DNA of 64,000 bases from Myxococcales bacterium (GTDB lineage: Bacteria > Myxococcota_A > UBA9042): positions 64,001 through 128,000 of the forward strand of contig JBBISH010000002.1 in NCBI GenBank assembly GCA_037441385.1, in the 5' to 3' direction. Positions 11,000-21,980 of this stretch are shown here, piece by piece. The position numbers and the translations under genes are program-made. The notes beneath the pieces were generated by a model. It ran no database searches, was not told the DNA's origin, and worked only from the letters and a program-made list of their open reading frames with translations. Position 1 is the stretch's first letter. Each line of letters begins with the position of its first letter.

Positions 11000-12930
11000 T
11001 ACTTGCAGGGCATCTTGCCGGTCGCCTTGCACTCGGACACGCAGGTGCCGTCCCACTTGTTGCTGCAGCAGTACTTGTCTTGCGCACAGACCTCGGCCTC
11101 GCAGGCGCAGCCGCTGCAGCCGGGGGTGCTGGCCGACGAGCAGCCGAGCGGGCAGTCCTCGGGGCAGGTGCTGGCCGATTCACTGCTGCTGCAGACGCCG
11201 TCGCCGCAGGCGCACGGGCCGCAGTCCTGCTGGCAGCTGGTGCACGTCTCGGTCGCGGAGCAGAACCCGTCGCCGCAGGTGTTGGCCGGGCACTTGGCGC
11301 TGGCCGACGACTTGCACTGGCTCACGCACAAACTGTCCCAAGCGCTCTTGCAGCAATAGGGATCGGCCGCGCAAACCTCGGCCTCGCAGGCGCAGCCGCC
11401 GCAGCCTGGGGCGGACGACGTCTTGCTCAGGCTCGCGCAGTTGCTCGCGCACACGCCGCAGTCTTGCGGGCAAACCGCGCAGTGCTCGCTGCCGTTGCAC
11501 TTGCCGTCGCCGCAGACCGCCGCGACGGTGGTGGGCTGGCAGGGTCCGCAGTCGCCGGGGCACGAACTGCACTTCTCGAACTTGCCGCACTCACCGTCGC
11601 CGCACGAGCTGCTGGTCGCGGCGCAGTCCTGCGGGCAGGTAGCGGTGCTCTCTTTGCCGTTGCAGGCGCCGTCGCCGCACCAGGTCACGACGGCGTCGCA
11701 GGTGGGGCCCTTGCACGAATCGGTGCACTCGCCAACGCAGGTGTTGTCCCACGCAGTGTCGCAGCAGTACGAATCCATGTCGCACACGCACTTCTCGCAG
11801 CCGCAGCCGCCGCAGCCGGTGGGGTTGGGGTCGCCTTCGGACTTGGGAATGCACTCGGGCGCAACAGTGGCGCAGGCGCCGCAGTCGGCCGGGCACGAGC
11901 CGCAATTCTCGGTGGTTGCGTCGCAATTCTTGTCGCCGCAGGCCGGGCAGGTGCCGCAGTCCTTGGGGCAGCCGCTGCAGGTCTCGCCGTCGCCGCATTG
12001 TCCGTCGCCGCACGAGGGCTTGACGGCGCAGACGACGGTCAACGTCAGCAAGGCGGTGCTGCTGGCCTTGGTCTCGACCGCGAGAATCTGGGTAGCCGTG
12101 GGCGAAACACCCAAGACTTGCTTCCACTTGCTGGCCACGCAGGCCTTGGGTGCGCACGAGCCAGGGGTGTAGGTGCCCAGGAGCATCAACGCCGCTGCGC
12201 TGGTTGTGTCGCCCGAAAGCTCAACGGTGGCGGTGGTGGTGGCGTCGCTGGCCAGGGCAAAGAACTTTTCGCCGCCGTCCCAGGCCTTGCCGCCTGCGCA
12301 GCCCCAAATGGCGGTGCCGCTGGGGCCCAGCTTGGTCGGATCCAGCACGACTTTGGCGCCGCAAGCCAGCGGTGCTGGCGTGCAGTCGACGGGCTCGCAC
12401 GCGCCCTTGAAGGCGCAGGCGCCTTGCTTGCAGATGCCCGTGCCGCCGCAAGTGCCGCCCGACTTGCAGGCGGTGCCGTCGGTCGCGATCACGTCTTGGC
12501 ACGCGCCGGTGGCAACGTCGCACTTGCTGGCGATGCAATCCGAGAACGCCTTGGGGCAGTCGGCGTCGCTGGTGCATTTGGCCGGAGCGACGTCCGGTTG
12601 GCTGTCGGGCTTGACGTCGCCGGTGATGTCGGTGGGGACGACTTCGCTGGTGTCGAAGCCGGTCCCATCGGACTCCGTGTCCAACACGGCATCTTCTTTG
12701 ACATCTTGCACGACGCCGTCTGGCTTCGGGGCGGTGTCGCCGCCGCTCGCATCGCCGGCCACGGTGTCAACCACCGAAGCATCGCCCGCGCCAGAACTGT
12801 CTTTGGCAATCGAAGTGTCGTTGCCGCTCGACGTGGACGTGGTCGACGTGGCGGGGTTGGCCTCGCAACCCATCAGGGCTAGGGCCGCGGCGAGGACGAG
12901 AGAGGAGGTCGGCAGACTTAGCTTGGACAT
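10999..12930 (-). CDS. Cys-rich repeat lipoprotein (643 aa)
   Basis: Lipobox LALMG-C, Ser/Thr/Asp linker, 7 CGDGxC...CPxDC-type units and 3 GCxGCxCE..C..D.YCC...WD..C units. Confidence 0.85.
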   Translation of the reverse strand: MSKLSLPTSSLVLAAALALMGCEANPATSTTSTSSGNDTSIAKDSSGAGDASVVDTVAGDASGGDTAPKPDGVVQDVKEDAVLDTESDGTGFDTSEVVPTDITGDVKPDSQPDVAPAKCTSDADCPKAFSDCIASKCDVATGACQDVIATDGTACKSGGTCGGTGICKQGACAFKGACEPVDCTPAPLACGAKVVLDPTKLGPSGTAIWGCAGGKAWDGGEKFFALASDATTTATVELSGDTTSAAALMLLGTYTPGSCAPKACVASKWKQVLGVSPTATQILAVETKASSTALLTLTVVCAVKPSCGDGQCGDGETCSGCPKDCGTCPACGDKNCDATTENCGSCPADCGACATVAPECIPKSEGDPNPTGCGGCGCEKCVCDMDSYCCDTAWDNTCVGECTDSCKGPTCDAVVTWCGDGACNGKESTATCPQDCAATSSSCGDGECGKFEKCSSCPGDCGPCQPTTVAAVCGDGKCNGSEHCAVCPQDCGVCASNCASLSKTSSAPGCGGCACEAEVCAADPYCCKSAWDSLCVSQCKSSASAKCPANTCGDGFCSATETCTSCQQDCGPCACGDGVCSSSESASTCPEDCPLGCSSASTPGCSGCACEAEVCAQDKYCCSNKWDGTCVSECKATGKMPCK

Positions 12931-12961
12931 GGCGATCCTGCACACGGTGATCCCAATGAGG

Positions 12962-13013
12962 GCGTCGGGTTGAAGCGTCGGGTTGAAGCGTCGGGTTGAA
13001 GCATCGGGTTGAA
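12962..13013. repeat. Tandem repeat, 4 x 13 bp (GCGTCGGGTTGAA)
   Basis: Three exact copies plus one with a single G>A change, 32-83 nt upstream of the lipoprotein ATG. Confidence 0.95.
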
Positions 13014-13078
13014 ATTACTTCGCGCGGGCGCGGGGAACGTGGGTGGTCGGACACAGCCTAGCCGAGCGGGGGCCCGCG

Positions 13079-13094
13079 AGCAAGCGCGGTCCCA
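13079..13094 (-). promoter_or_regulatory. Putative sigma-54 (-24/-12) promoter
   Basis: Minus strand TGGGACCGCGCTTGCT = GG-N10-GC with TTGCT at -12, intergenic and oriented toward the lipoprotein. Confidence 0.55.
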
Positions 13095-13111
13095 GCCTTG
13101 TAAGCATAACT

Positions 13112-13750
13112 CTATGGATAATCAAGAAGGATTGCAGATGGTTGATCGAGTTCGCGCCACAGCGAATCGTCCAGAACTGCGGCCCTACGGCTCGGCCCGT
13201 CCCACACGGACAGGAAGGCCGCCACTGGCTGCAGAGGCAGCGCAACCCGCGGATCCGCCATGTGCATCGGCACCACCGCCCGCACCCCCACCTGCCGCGC
13301 CAGCTCGGCGGCCTGCGCCGGGTCCAACGTATAGGTGCCGCCGGCTGCCAGCAGCAGCACGTCGCACCCACGCAACCACTCGACATCGTTGGAGGTCCAT
13401 GCGCCCAAGTCGCCGCTGTGGACGATGCGCCGCCCCTCGCCGCGCAGTTCCACCATGCGCACGAGCCCCGCTTTCAGGCCCAGGTGGGCGTCGTGGAACG
13501 CCGAGCGCGCGGCCAGCTGGACATTCCCTATGCAACAAGGCGGGTCGACCACACAGGTGGTGCCCAGCGCGGGCGTCCAGGCGGCGTGGTCCTCGTGGCG
13601 GTGGCTGTGGACGATGGCGTCAAACGGACCTTGAATCTCGGGCAGTTGAAAACGACCACCCAGCGCCCCCGGCTTGTGGGGGTCCAAGCACAGGCGCGTA
13701 CCCGCCAGTTCGATGGCAAAGGCCGCGTGGCCGAAAAAGCGAATCTGCAC
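13112..13750 (-). CDS. MBL-fold metallo-hydrolase
   Basis: FFGHAAF, DP, SHRHEDH, HD, HSGDLG, VVPMH. Confidence 0.88.
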   Translation of the reverse strand: MQIRFFGHAAFAIELAGTRLCLDPHKPGALGGRFQLPEIQGPFDAIVHSHRHEDHAAWTPALGTTCVVDPPCCIGNVQLAARSAFHDAHLGLKAGLVRMVELRGEGRRIVHSGDLGAWTSNDVEWLRGCDVLLLAAGGTYTLDPAQAAELARQVGVRAVVPMHMADPRVALPLQPVAAFLSVWDGPSRRAAVLDDSLWRELDQPSAILLDYP

Positions 13751-13756
13751 CGCGGG

Positions 13757-14314
13757 CTAGACCGGCTCGCGGCTGGCAAAGCGCATCGCGCCGATGTACG
13801 GCAGGTTGCGATACCGCTCGTCGTAGTCCAGGCCGTAGCCCACCACGAACACGTCGTCGATGACGAAGCCGACCAAGTCCAGGTTGACCTCGACCCGCTT
13901 GCGCGCCGGCTTGTGCAGCATCGTGCAAACCCGCAGCGACTTGGGGTTGCGCGCCCGCAAAATGCTGAGCAGATACGACATGGTCAGGCCCGTGTCGACG
14001 ATGTCTTCCACCACCAGCACGTCGCGATCGGCAATGTCGAGGGTCAGATCGTGGGTCAACCGCACCGCGCCCGAGCTCTCCGTGGTACCGCCATAGCTCG
14101 ACACGCCCAGGAACACGCAGTTCAGCGGCAGATCGATGCGGCGCACCAGGTCCGAGAAAAACATGAACGAGCCCTTGAGCACGCACACCACCACCAGCGG
14201 CTTCTCGAAGGGGCCCAGAGCCATGACCTCTTTGGCCAATTCACCCGTGCGCGCCAGAACTTGCTCGCCGGTCAGGTAGTTGTCCACGATTTCGAGGGTC
14301 GCAGTGCCAGTCAT
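13757..14314 (-). CDS. hpt: Hypoxanthine phosphoribosyltransferase
   Basis: VLKGSFMFFSDL, VLVVEDIVDTGLT, FVVGYGLDY.ERYRNLPYIG. Confidence 0.96.
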   Translation of the reverse strand: MTGTATLEIVDNYLTGEQVLARTGELAKEVMALGPFEKPLVVVCVLKGSFMFFSDLVRRIDLPLNCVFLGVSSYGGTTESSGAVRLTHDLTLDIADRDVLVVEDIVDTGLTMSYLLSILRARNPKSLRVCTMLHKPARKRVEVNLDLVGFVIDDVFVVGYGLDYDERYRNLPYIGAMRFASREPV

Positions 14315-14332
14315 CGGGGCCTTCCTGCCGCG

Positions 14333-15151
14333 CTAGCTCAGCGCATTGTTCATGATCTCGCCCATGCCGCCAGCGCCGGGTACGATGTATTGATGGTCGG
14401 TGAGGCCGCACTCCTGCGCCCACTTTTCGCCGGGCACCGTCTGCAGCACCTCGGCCGGCGACAGGCCGCGATCCAGGCGGTAGGCGTAGATCGACACCTT
14501 GTCGCCAAAGGCCTCGGTCAGGCGCGCCACGAACTCGGGCGTGACGATCAAGTTGAGCGACACCACTTTGCGCGGCGCGCCGTCCAACTCCTTCAAGTAG
14601 AAGTGGATGGCTTCGGTCAGCGAGCCGCCGGTGGCGCCCATCGGGTCGGGGAAGAGCACGATGCGGTCCTTGACCGGCCCGGCGATCTTCTTGCCGTACA
14701 TGCCGGCGCCGGTCACCTGCTGCTGGTCGTTGGTGGTGCGATTCATCAGGATGTGATCCTGGCGAACCCGAGCTGGATCCAGCACTTCGCACAGCGCCTC
14801 GAAGCAGACCATCGACGGCAGGATGCCGGCGCGGGCGATGTCCACGGTGGTCACGTCCAGATCGGGGTCGATGATCTGGCCGGTGTAGAAGCCCTGATCG
14901 GTGAATTGGCTCATCCGCGTCTCGGACTTGACCACTTTACGCGGAAACTCGCGGTTGATCAGCGCCCGCACCAGCCCGCGGTACAACAGAGTCACAAGTC
15001 GGTTGACTTCCGGCTGCACGCACGTGGGGTGCGACAAGCGCGCCAGCCAGGTCAGGGCCAGCGTGTCGCTGAGCAAATGCACTTGCGAACCATAGTGGTG
15101 GGCGATCTCGCCGCTGCCGGGTTGCAGGTTCAGGTAGCAGGTCTCGGCCAT
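14333..15151 (-). CDS. upp: Uracil phosphoribosyltransferase-family protein (divergent)
   Basis: IARAG, PRPP loop DPMGATGGS, YIVPGAGG; adjacent to hpt. Confidence 0.75.
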   Translation of the reverse strand: MAETCYLNLQPGSGEIAHHYGSQVHLLSDTLALTWLARLSHPTCVQPEVNRLVTLLYRGLVRALINREFPRKVVKSETRMSQFTDQGFYTGQIIDPDLDVTTVDIARAGILPSMVCFEALCEVLDPARVRQDHILMNRTTNDQQQVTGAGMYGKKIAGPVKDRIVLFPDPMGATGGSLTEAIHFYLKELDGAPRKVVSLNLIVTPEFVARLTEAFGDKVSIYAYRLDRGLSPAEVLQTVPGEKWAQECGLTDHQYIVPGAGGMGEIMNNALS

Positions 15152-15244
15152 GATGCCCTCCGCCGCGGCTGGTTGCGACGGCGGAAGGGTCGCGCCGGCA
15201 GGGGGCGGCCGTCAAGCAACAAGGAGGTGACAGGGTGGGGGCGG

Positions 15245-18034
15245 CTAGAGGCGGGTCCGCCGCAACGCATGCCAGCGAACAGCCGGGGCCCGCCCAGCCG
15301 CACCCCGCCGCAACAGCACGTCCAGCAACAGCAAAAGCACCGCCAGGCTGACCAACTCGGGCCACAGCGGCGTGTGCGCTTGATGGGTCAAGCCGCGGGT
15401 GTCCAGCCAATCGGCGGGCTGGCTATTCGCTTTGCCGCCAGTGGCCTTGACCAGCTCCGGCCCCACGCCGATTTCCCCTGTAACCAAGCGCAGTTCATCG
15501 GGGTACGGATGCACCACGCTCGCTCGACCCGAGGCCAGGACCCGCTGCTTGCCCGGCGGCCGCAGGCGCGCTTCCACGTCGTAGGCGCCCACGCTGGCCA
15601 GGGGCACCACCTCCTCGTAACGGCCGGTAGCCACTTCAGAAAGTGGCAGCTGCGCCACCTTGCCGTCCGGACTGCGCAGGCTGGCCTCGCCCACCATGCC
15701 CTGCAGCCAAGTGCCGTCCTCGTCAATGGCGTCGACCGCCACCCGCAGTCGGTCGCGCTCGCGCAGCAGCCGCACCGCCACGTCCAGGCCCAGTTCCTCT
15801 TGCAGCACGTCGCGGACGATTTGGCGGCACAGGCGGGCGTGGTCGGGCCAGCGCGTCCAGGCCGTGGCCCAGCGGTTCTTCAGATCGCTCGTCCACACGC
15901 TGACTTTGCCCTGCCCCAGCCGCCAGCGCACCAGCAGCGGCTTGCCGTTGTTCAGGCGCAGGATCTCTTCGGCGCCGGCCTTGGTGCGGGTGGGCAAAAA
16001 GCCCAGCAAATTGGGCGCTTCGGTGATGTGCACCCCGCGCAGCAGGTCTACGCGGCCCAGGCCCGGAGCCAGGCGCGCCTGCACCGCCTTCTCGACCACC
16101 GACTCGCCGTGCAGCATCTTGGTCTCGCGAACGAAGATGCGCGGCAGGTTCTCGGGCCGGTCGGTGAAGTACGAGCGCCCGCCGCCGCGATCGGCGATGC
16201 TTTCGAGCAGGTTGCGGTCCACGTCGCCGCCCACGCCCACGGCCGAGACGGTGATGTTGGCCCGCCGCATCTGCCGTACCAGCGCGTCGATGCCCGCCCG
16301 CGGCGCCTGGCCGTCCGTCATCAGCAGCACGTGCTTGATCTTGGCCTGGGCACTGGACAATTGCTGGTAGGCCATGTCCAGCGCCGGGTAGATGTGGGTG
16401 CCGCCCGAGGCGGTCAGCTTGCCGATGTCCGACTCGATGCGGTAGCTGTTGCCGGCCCGCTGCAGCCGCACCGCCAGCCGCGACTCGGAGTCGAAGGCGA
16501 CCACGCCAATCAGGTCATCGGGCGCCAGCGCCTTGGCCGTGGCCAGCGCCGCCGCTTTGGCCAACTCGATCTTGGGCCCCGCCATCGAACCCGAGCGATC
16601 CACCGCCAGCATCAGCGCAATCGACGGCAGCTCGACCTTGGACTCCACGTCCATGTGCACCGGCAGGACGTGCTTGTCCAGGTACGTGTCTTGGTAACCG
16701 CCCGAGCCCAAGCTGTTTTCGCCGCCGATGACCAACAGCCCGCCGCCTTGACGGACATAGGACTCCAGGTTGCGCATGTCGCCATCGGTCAGCAGCGGCA
16801 CGCCCAGTTGGTCCACGCGTGGCACATCGGAAAGAATGACAGCCTGGTACGGGAGCAGGCCGCCCAAGCTGCGCGGCAGGCCGTCGGCCGGGCGGGTGTC
16901 GACCTCGAAATCATCTTGCAGCGCACTGGCCAGCGGCACTGCCTGGCGCTCGCCACCGCCCTCGACATACAGCAGCCGCGGCCGCTGCTCCACCGCCACC
17001 CGCGCGCGCAGCTGGTTGTTCGAGGCAAAGCGGTCCTGGCCGGTCACACTGGTGCACTCGACCGCTAGATCGACGAACCCCGGCTTGGTCAAACGCAGTT
17101 GCCCCAGGTCGACCCGCTGGCTGCCGGGCTGGAGCTGCTGGACCACCGGCGCGGGCGGATCGGGCGGGCCGCTTACGGCGCAGCGCACGGGCATCGCGGC
17201 GTTGGTCTGCAGCGTCGCCGCCAGGGCAAAGCGCACGCCGGTGCGCACCTTGGCTGGCAATTCCAGCTTCTCGACCAGCACTTCGGGCTGGATCGGCAGC
17301 GGCGGCAACAGCGGCAGGTGCACCTGGACGCCGGCCGCCTGCAGGGGCGCGAGGGTATGGAGGGCCTCGCCTTGGGTCTGCAACCCGTCGGACCACAACA
17401 CAAAATGCGCAACGGTGTGCCCGTCCAGCAAGCCAAGGCCCAAGCTCAGGGCCGCCTGCAGATCCGTGGCGGTCGCCGTGTCGGGCGCGCGCACAAAATG
17501 AGGCAGGCTGGCCAGCGTCGGCTCAATCGGCAGCCGGACCGCCGTGCCGTCAAAGGCGACCACCGCCAGCGGCGGCGCTGCGCTGTCGCCCTCGCGCGGG
17601 TGAGCCTTGTCCCAGGTGCCCAGGGCCAGGGCGCTTTCCAGCACACCCTGCTCGGCCGCGCGCAGCAGCGCATCCGGCACCGACGCCGAGCGATCGACCA
17701 GGTGCACCACTTGCGGGCGCCGCGGCCGCAGCCGCTCACTCTCGGGCCCCGCCAGGGCCAGCGCCAGCACCACGAGCAGCACCGCCCGCAGCACGGTCTG
17801 CAGGGCCACCTGCCAACGCGGCAGATCCGTAAGCCGCCAGGGCAGTTGCGCAACGAGCAGCCAGCCCAGGCCGGCCAAAGCCAACGCCCACGGCCGCGCC
17901 AGCGCCACCCCGTGCACCGCCAGCGCCACCGAGGCCTCGGGCCAATAGCGCTGGGCCGCCACGATCGACACCGCGGCCGCGAGCGCCACCCACGCGAGCC
18001 AAAGCCCTTGTCCAAGGCGCGCGCCGGCCTTCAT
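15245..18034 (-). CDS. Membrane protein with two vWA domains and a glutamine-amidotransferase-like domain
   Basis: MIDAS motifs DRSAS and DRSGSM, SDG/TDG, GGGLLVIGGENS.G.GGY; TMs at both ends; ATGA overlap with the upstream stop. Confidence 0.85.
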   Translation of the reverse strand: MKAGARLGQGLWLAWVALAAAVSIVAAQRYWPEASVALAVHGVALARPWALALAGLGWLLVAQLPWRLTDLPRWQVALQTVLRAVLLVVLALALAGPESERLRPRRPQVVHLVDRSASVPDALLRAAEQGVLESALALGTWDKAHPREGDSAAPPLAVVAFDGTAVRLPIEPTLASLPHFVRAPDTATATDLQAALSLGLGLLDGHTVAHFVLWSDGLQTQGEALHTLAPLQAAGVQVHLPLLPPLPIQPEVLVEKLELPAKVRTGVRFALAATLQTNAAMPVRCAVSGPPDPPAPVVQQLQPGSQRVDLGQLRLTKPGFVDLAVECTSVTGQDRFASNNQLRARVAVEQRPRLLYVEGGGERQAVPLASALQDDFEVDTRPADGLPRSLGGLLPYQAVILSDVPRVDQLGVPLLTDGDMRNLESYVRQGGGLLVIGGENSLGSGGYQDTYLDKHVLPVHMDVESKVELPSIALMLAVDRSGSMAGPKIELAKAAALATAKALAPDDLIGVVAFDSESRLAVRLQRAGNSYRIESDIGKLTASGGTHIYPALDMAYQQLSSAQAKIKHVLLMTDGQAPRAGIDALVRQMRRANITVSAVGVGGDVDRNLLESIADRGGGRSYFTDRPENLPRIFVRETKMLHGESVVEKAVQARLAPGLGRVDLLRGVHITEAPNLLGFLPTRTKAGAEEILRLNNGKPLLVRWRLGQGKVSVWTSDLKNRWATAWTRWPDHARLCRQIVRDVLQEELGLDVAVRLLRERDRLRVAVDAIDEDGTWLQGMVGEASLRSPDGKVAQLPLSEVATGRYEEVVPLASVGAYDVEARLRPPGKQRVLASGRASVVHPYPDELRLVTGEIGVGPELVKATGGKANSQPADWLDTRGLTHQAHTPLWPELVSLAVLLLLLDVLLRRGAAGRAPAVRWHALRRTRL

Positions 18035-20025
18035 ACCGTCCTCCGGCGCAGGTACGCAGTCCATTCCAGCAGCAGCGCCGCGAGCGCCGCCGCCAGATAC
18101 GGCATGTAGTTTGGCCAGTTGCTGTGTGTTTCCGTGGGCGGTGCCGCTGGCCGGTCCACCACTGCCGGGCCCTGGCGCTGGAGCGCCGCCGGTCGCTCGC
18201 TGGCGGGCAGGCAGGTCGGCCGCACCACCGTTTCACCCGACGCGTGGATCCATTGATGCAGACCAAAGGCCTCGCTCAGTCCCACGAATTGCCCTGCCGA
18301 CAGCCGCGCCGGCCGCGGCGGTTGCCCCGGCTCGCGGTACTGCCAGTCGCCGCTGGGAATGGGCGCGTCCACCGCCCACGGCCGCCCCAGTTCCAGCGGC
18401 TGCAGCAGCGGCTGATCCTCGCCCGCCAGCCAGGCCAGTGCGTTGCTCACCAAGATCGGCAGGGCATAGCGACCCACCAAGTCGGTCTCGGCCAGGTCGA
18501 TGCCCCAAGTCAGCCGCCTCACAGGCGTTTCGCTCGCCACCATCACCGGCGCGCTGCGACCACCGCCTTGGGTCGCCGCCGCCAGCACCACTTGCCCTGT
18601 GCCACTGGCATTCCCCAAAGCCGGCAGGAGCCGCACCACGTCAAAGTTGGTGTCCTGGAAGCTGACGCCGCGCATGGTCGGATGGTCCGCAGTCCGCACA
18701 AGCACTTCGGGGTTGTGGGCCAGCTGGGTGGCGTCTCGCGCCAGGTCCAGTCCCAGCCGCCAGCTGGGCACCCCGTCGGGTGGCTCGGCCGAAACCCCAT
18801 CCAGAATCGCCAGATCGACGCCGTGCCGCGCGCGATCGGCCGCCCGCCACGCGGCGGGTTGGTAGTCGCCGGGCGCCAGCCGCTGTAGCTCCACCCGGCC
18901 GGTCGCCGCCAACGCCGCCCCCAGGTAGTGGTTTTCCTCGCCGACCCACAGCACCTTCAGCCGCCGCTGCGCCGCCACCACCGCCAGGCCCCAGTCGTCC
19001 CAGCGGGCGCGGTCGACCAGGCTGGGCTGGCTCGGCTCGACTCGCACCGCCACCCGCGCATCCACCAAGTCCAAGTCCGCGACTTGCACAGTAGTGGCGC
19101 CGGCCGGCAGCTCCACGTCGACCAGCCGGCGCAGGTTGCGGTCGCGGGCCAGCTCGGCCGGGGTCTGACCGCGGTCCGCCGCAAAGATCGCCAGCCGCGC
19201 CGGCACGGGCTTCCCAGTATCATTGCGCACTTGCACAGTCAGCGTGCCGCGATCCGGGTCGTCGGCCTGGGCGCGGATCGCCGCCTGCTCCACGGCCAGG
19301 TTGTCCAGGTGATACGCCTGCTTGGGATCGAAGGACGGTCCCGCCAGCGGCCCCACCCAGAGCCACTGCACGGGCACGGGCTGCGCTTCTACCTCTTGCA
19401 GGGGCAGGCCGCCGTCGCTCACCACCAACACCCGTGGGCCCGGCCGGCCTTGCACCATCTGGGCCGTGCTGTGCAGGGCGCGGTTCAGGTCCAGGCCGCC
19501 TTGGCTGGCGTCCACTTGGTCCAGGGCCTGCAAGAGGGCGGCCCGGTCGCTGCCCCAACCGGCGCGCACCTCCAGACTGCCCGAGGCCACCGCCAAAAGC
19601 ACATCCTCGTCAGTGGGTTGCCGCTCCAGCCACTCACGGGCGCGCTGCTTGGCCTCGTCCAGCCGCGCCGTGGCCACCCCTTGCACCACCACGTCGCGGG
19701 TCGCCATCGACGCCGAGCGGTCCAGCAGCAGCACCGTGGAACCGCGCCGCGGCGGCCGCACCGGCAGGGTCGGGTCCAACAGGTCATGGAGCTGCGAGCC
19801 CAGCAAGAGCGCCAGAATCACAAGGAAGATCAAGAAGCTCAGCAGTCTCTGCCAGCGCCGGCCCAAGCTGCGCGCCTGCGCCGCGCCCAGGACTTGCCGC
19901 CACAGCCCGCCAAACGGCACCTCGACCTGCCGCCGCCGCGGCCGCAGCAGGTACAGCAGGACCAGCGCCGCCAACGCAGCCAGGGCCCGCAGCAGCCAGT
20001 CGTAGAGATCGCCCGAAAGGTTCAA
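18031..20025 (-). CDS. BatA-like N-terminal TM plus vWA domain protein
   Basis: LYLLRPRRRQVEVPF..LW, LLLDRSASM, VSDG, C-terminal LLLEW..YLRR; TTG start overlaps the upstream stop. Confidence 0.85.
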   Translation of the reverse strand: MNLSGDLYDWLLRALAALAALVLLYLLRPRRRQVEVPFGGLWRQVLGAAQARSLGRRWQRLLSFLIFLVILALLLGSQLHDLLDPTLPVRPPRRGSTVLLLDRSASMATRDVVVQGVATARLDEAKQRAREWLERQPTDEDVLLAVASGSLEVRAGWGSDRAALLQALDQVDASQGGLDLNRALHSTAQMVQGRPGPRVLVVSDGGLPLQEVEAQPVPVQWLWVGPLAGPSFDPKQAYHLDNLAVEQAAIRAQADDPDRGTLTVQVRNDTGKPVPARLAIFAADRGQTPAELARDRNLRRLVDVELPAGATTVQVADLDLVDARVAVRVEPSQPSLVDRARWDDWGLAVVAAQRRLKVLWVGEENHYLGAALAATGRVELQRLAPGDYQPAAWRAADRARHGVDLAILDGVSAEPPDGVPSWRLGLDLARDATQLAHNPEVLVRTADHPTMRGVSFQDTNFDVVRLLPALGNASGTGQVVLAAATQGGGRSAPVMVASETPVRRLTWGIDLAETDLVGRYALPILVSNALAWLAGEDQPLLQPLELGRPWAVDAPIPSGDWQYREPGQPPRPARLSAGQFVGLSEAFGLHQWIHASGETVVRPTCLPASERPAALQRQGPAVVDRPAAPPTETHSNWPNYMPYLAAALAALLLEWTAYLRRRTV

Positions 20026-20951
20026 CCCAGAAAGCCCCCCTGGCGAAAGACCTTCAGCACTGCCTCGTCAAACGGCACGGCCACGTCCAGCTGCAGGCAG
20101 CGCGCCGCCACCTGTCGCGCCGCTCGCTCCAGGTCGGCCGAGAACGCCTCGAACGCCTTGCGGTAATCGGCCATCAGCGCCGGTGTCAGAGTAATCTCGC
20201 ACAGTTCGCCCGTCTCACTGTCGACCAGCGTCACGTCGCCAAAGGCGCCCGCCTGCAGCAGCTGCAGGTCGCACAAGTGCAGGAGCATCGGCTCAAAACC
20301 GCGGTAGGCCAGCAGGCGCAGCGCGTCGCCCAGGCCGCTGGGATCGAAGAAATCGCTGATCAGCACCACCAGGCCGGGTCGCGGCTGGTGGCGGACAAAG
20401 TCGTCGATCGCCTTGCGGATATCCGTCTTGCCAGCGGGCTTCACCGCCGACAACGCCCGCAGCACGGCAAAGAACTGGCCGCGGCCGCGCACCGCCCGCA
20501 TCGGCGCCCCGGCGCCCTGGGCAAACGGCACCACGCTGACCCGGTCCAGGTTGGACAGCGAGATGTAGCCCAGCGCCGCCGCGATCTGCAACGCCCTGTC
20601 CAGCAAGCTGATCTCGCCCTCGGCACCCACGGCCATCGACTGGCTGTGGTCCACCAAGAAATAGACAGACAGGTCCTCTTCTTCTTCGTACTCGCGGATC
20701 TGCACCTGGTCCGACCGCGCCAGCAGCGCCCAGTCCAGCTGGGCCATGTCGTCGCCGGCCGAATAGTCGCGGTGTTCGGCAAACTCCAGGCCCGAGCCGA
20801 TCTTCTTGCTGCGGCGGTGCGCCTGCGCCCCCGACGTCGCCATGCGCCGCGCCAGCAGGGCCAACTGCTCCACTCGACCCAGGAAACTGGGGTCAAACAG
20901 GTCGCTGCGCACCTGGGGGCTGGCGTGGTCGTCGCTGGGCTGGGCGGCCAT
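20022..20951 (-). CDS. DUF58 family protein
   Basis: GSGLEFAEHRDYSAGDD...DW, REYEEE, LVDHSQSM, ISDF; follows MoxR. Confidence 0.9.
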   Translation of the reverse strand: MAAQPSDDHASPQVRSDLFDPSFLGRVEQLALLARRMATSGAQAHRRSKKIGSGLEFAEHRDYSAGDDMAQLDWALLARSDQVQIREYEEEEDLSVYFLVDHSQSMAVGAEGEISLLDRALQIAAALGYISLSNLDRVSVVPFAQGAGAPMRAVRGRGQFFAVLRALSAVKPAGKTDIRKAIDDFVRHQPRPGLVVLISDFFDPSGLGDALRLLAYRGFEPMLLHLCDLQLLQAGAFGDVTLVDSETGELCEITLTPALMADYRKAFEAFSADLERAARQVAARCLQLDVAVPFDEAVLKVFRQGGFLG

Positions 20952-20960
20952 TCGTCCTCA

Positions 20961-21959
<999 letters not shown>

Positions 21960-21980
21960 GCGCTCCCCTGGCCGCACCGC

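Noticed and set aside
12962..13013. Possible CRISPR array
   Set aside because: 13-bp units are directly adjacent with no spacers, and no cas genes are in the window
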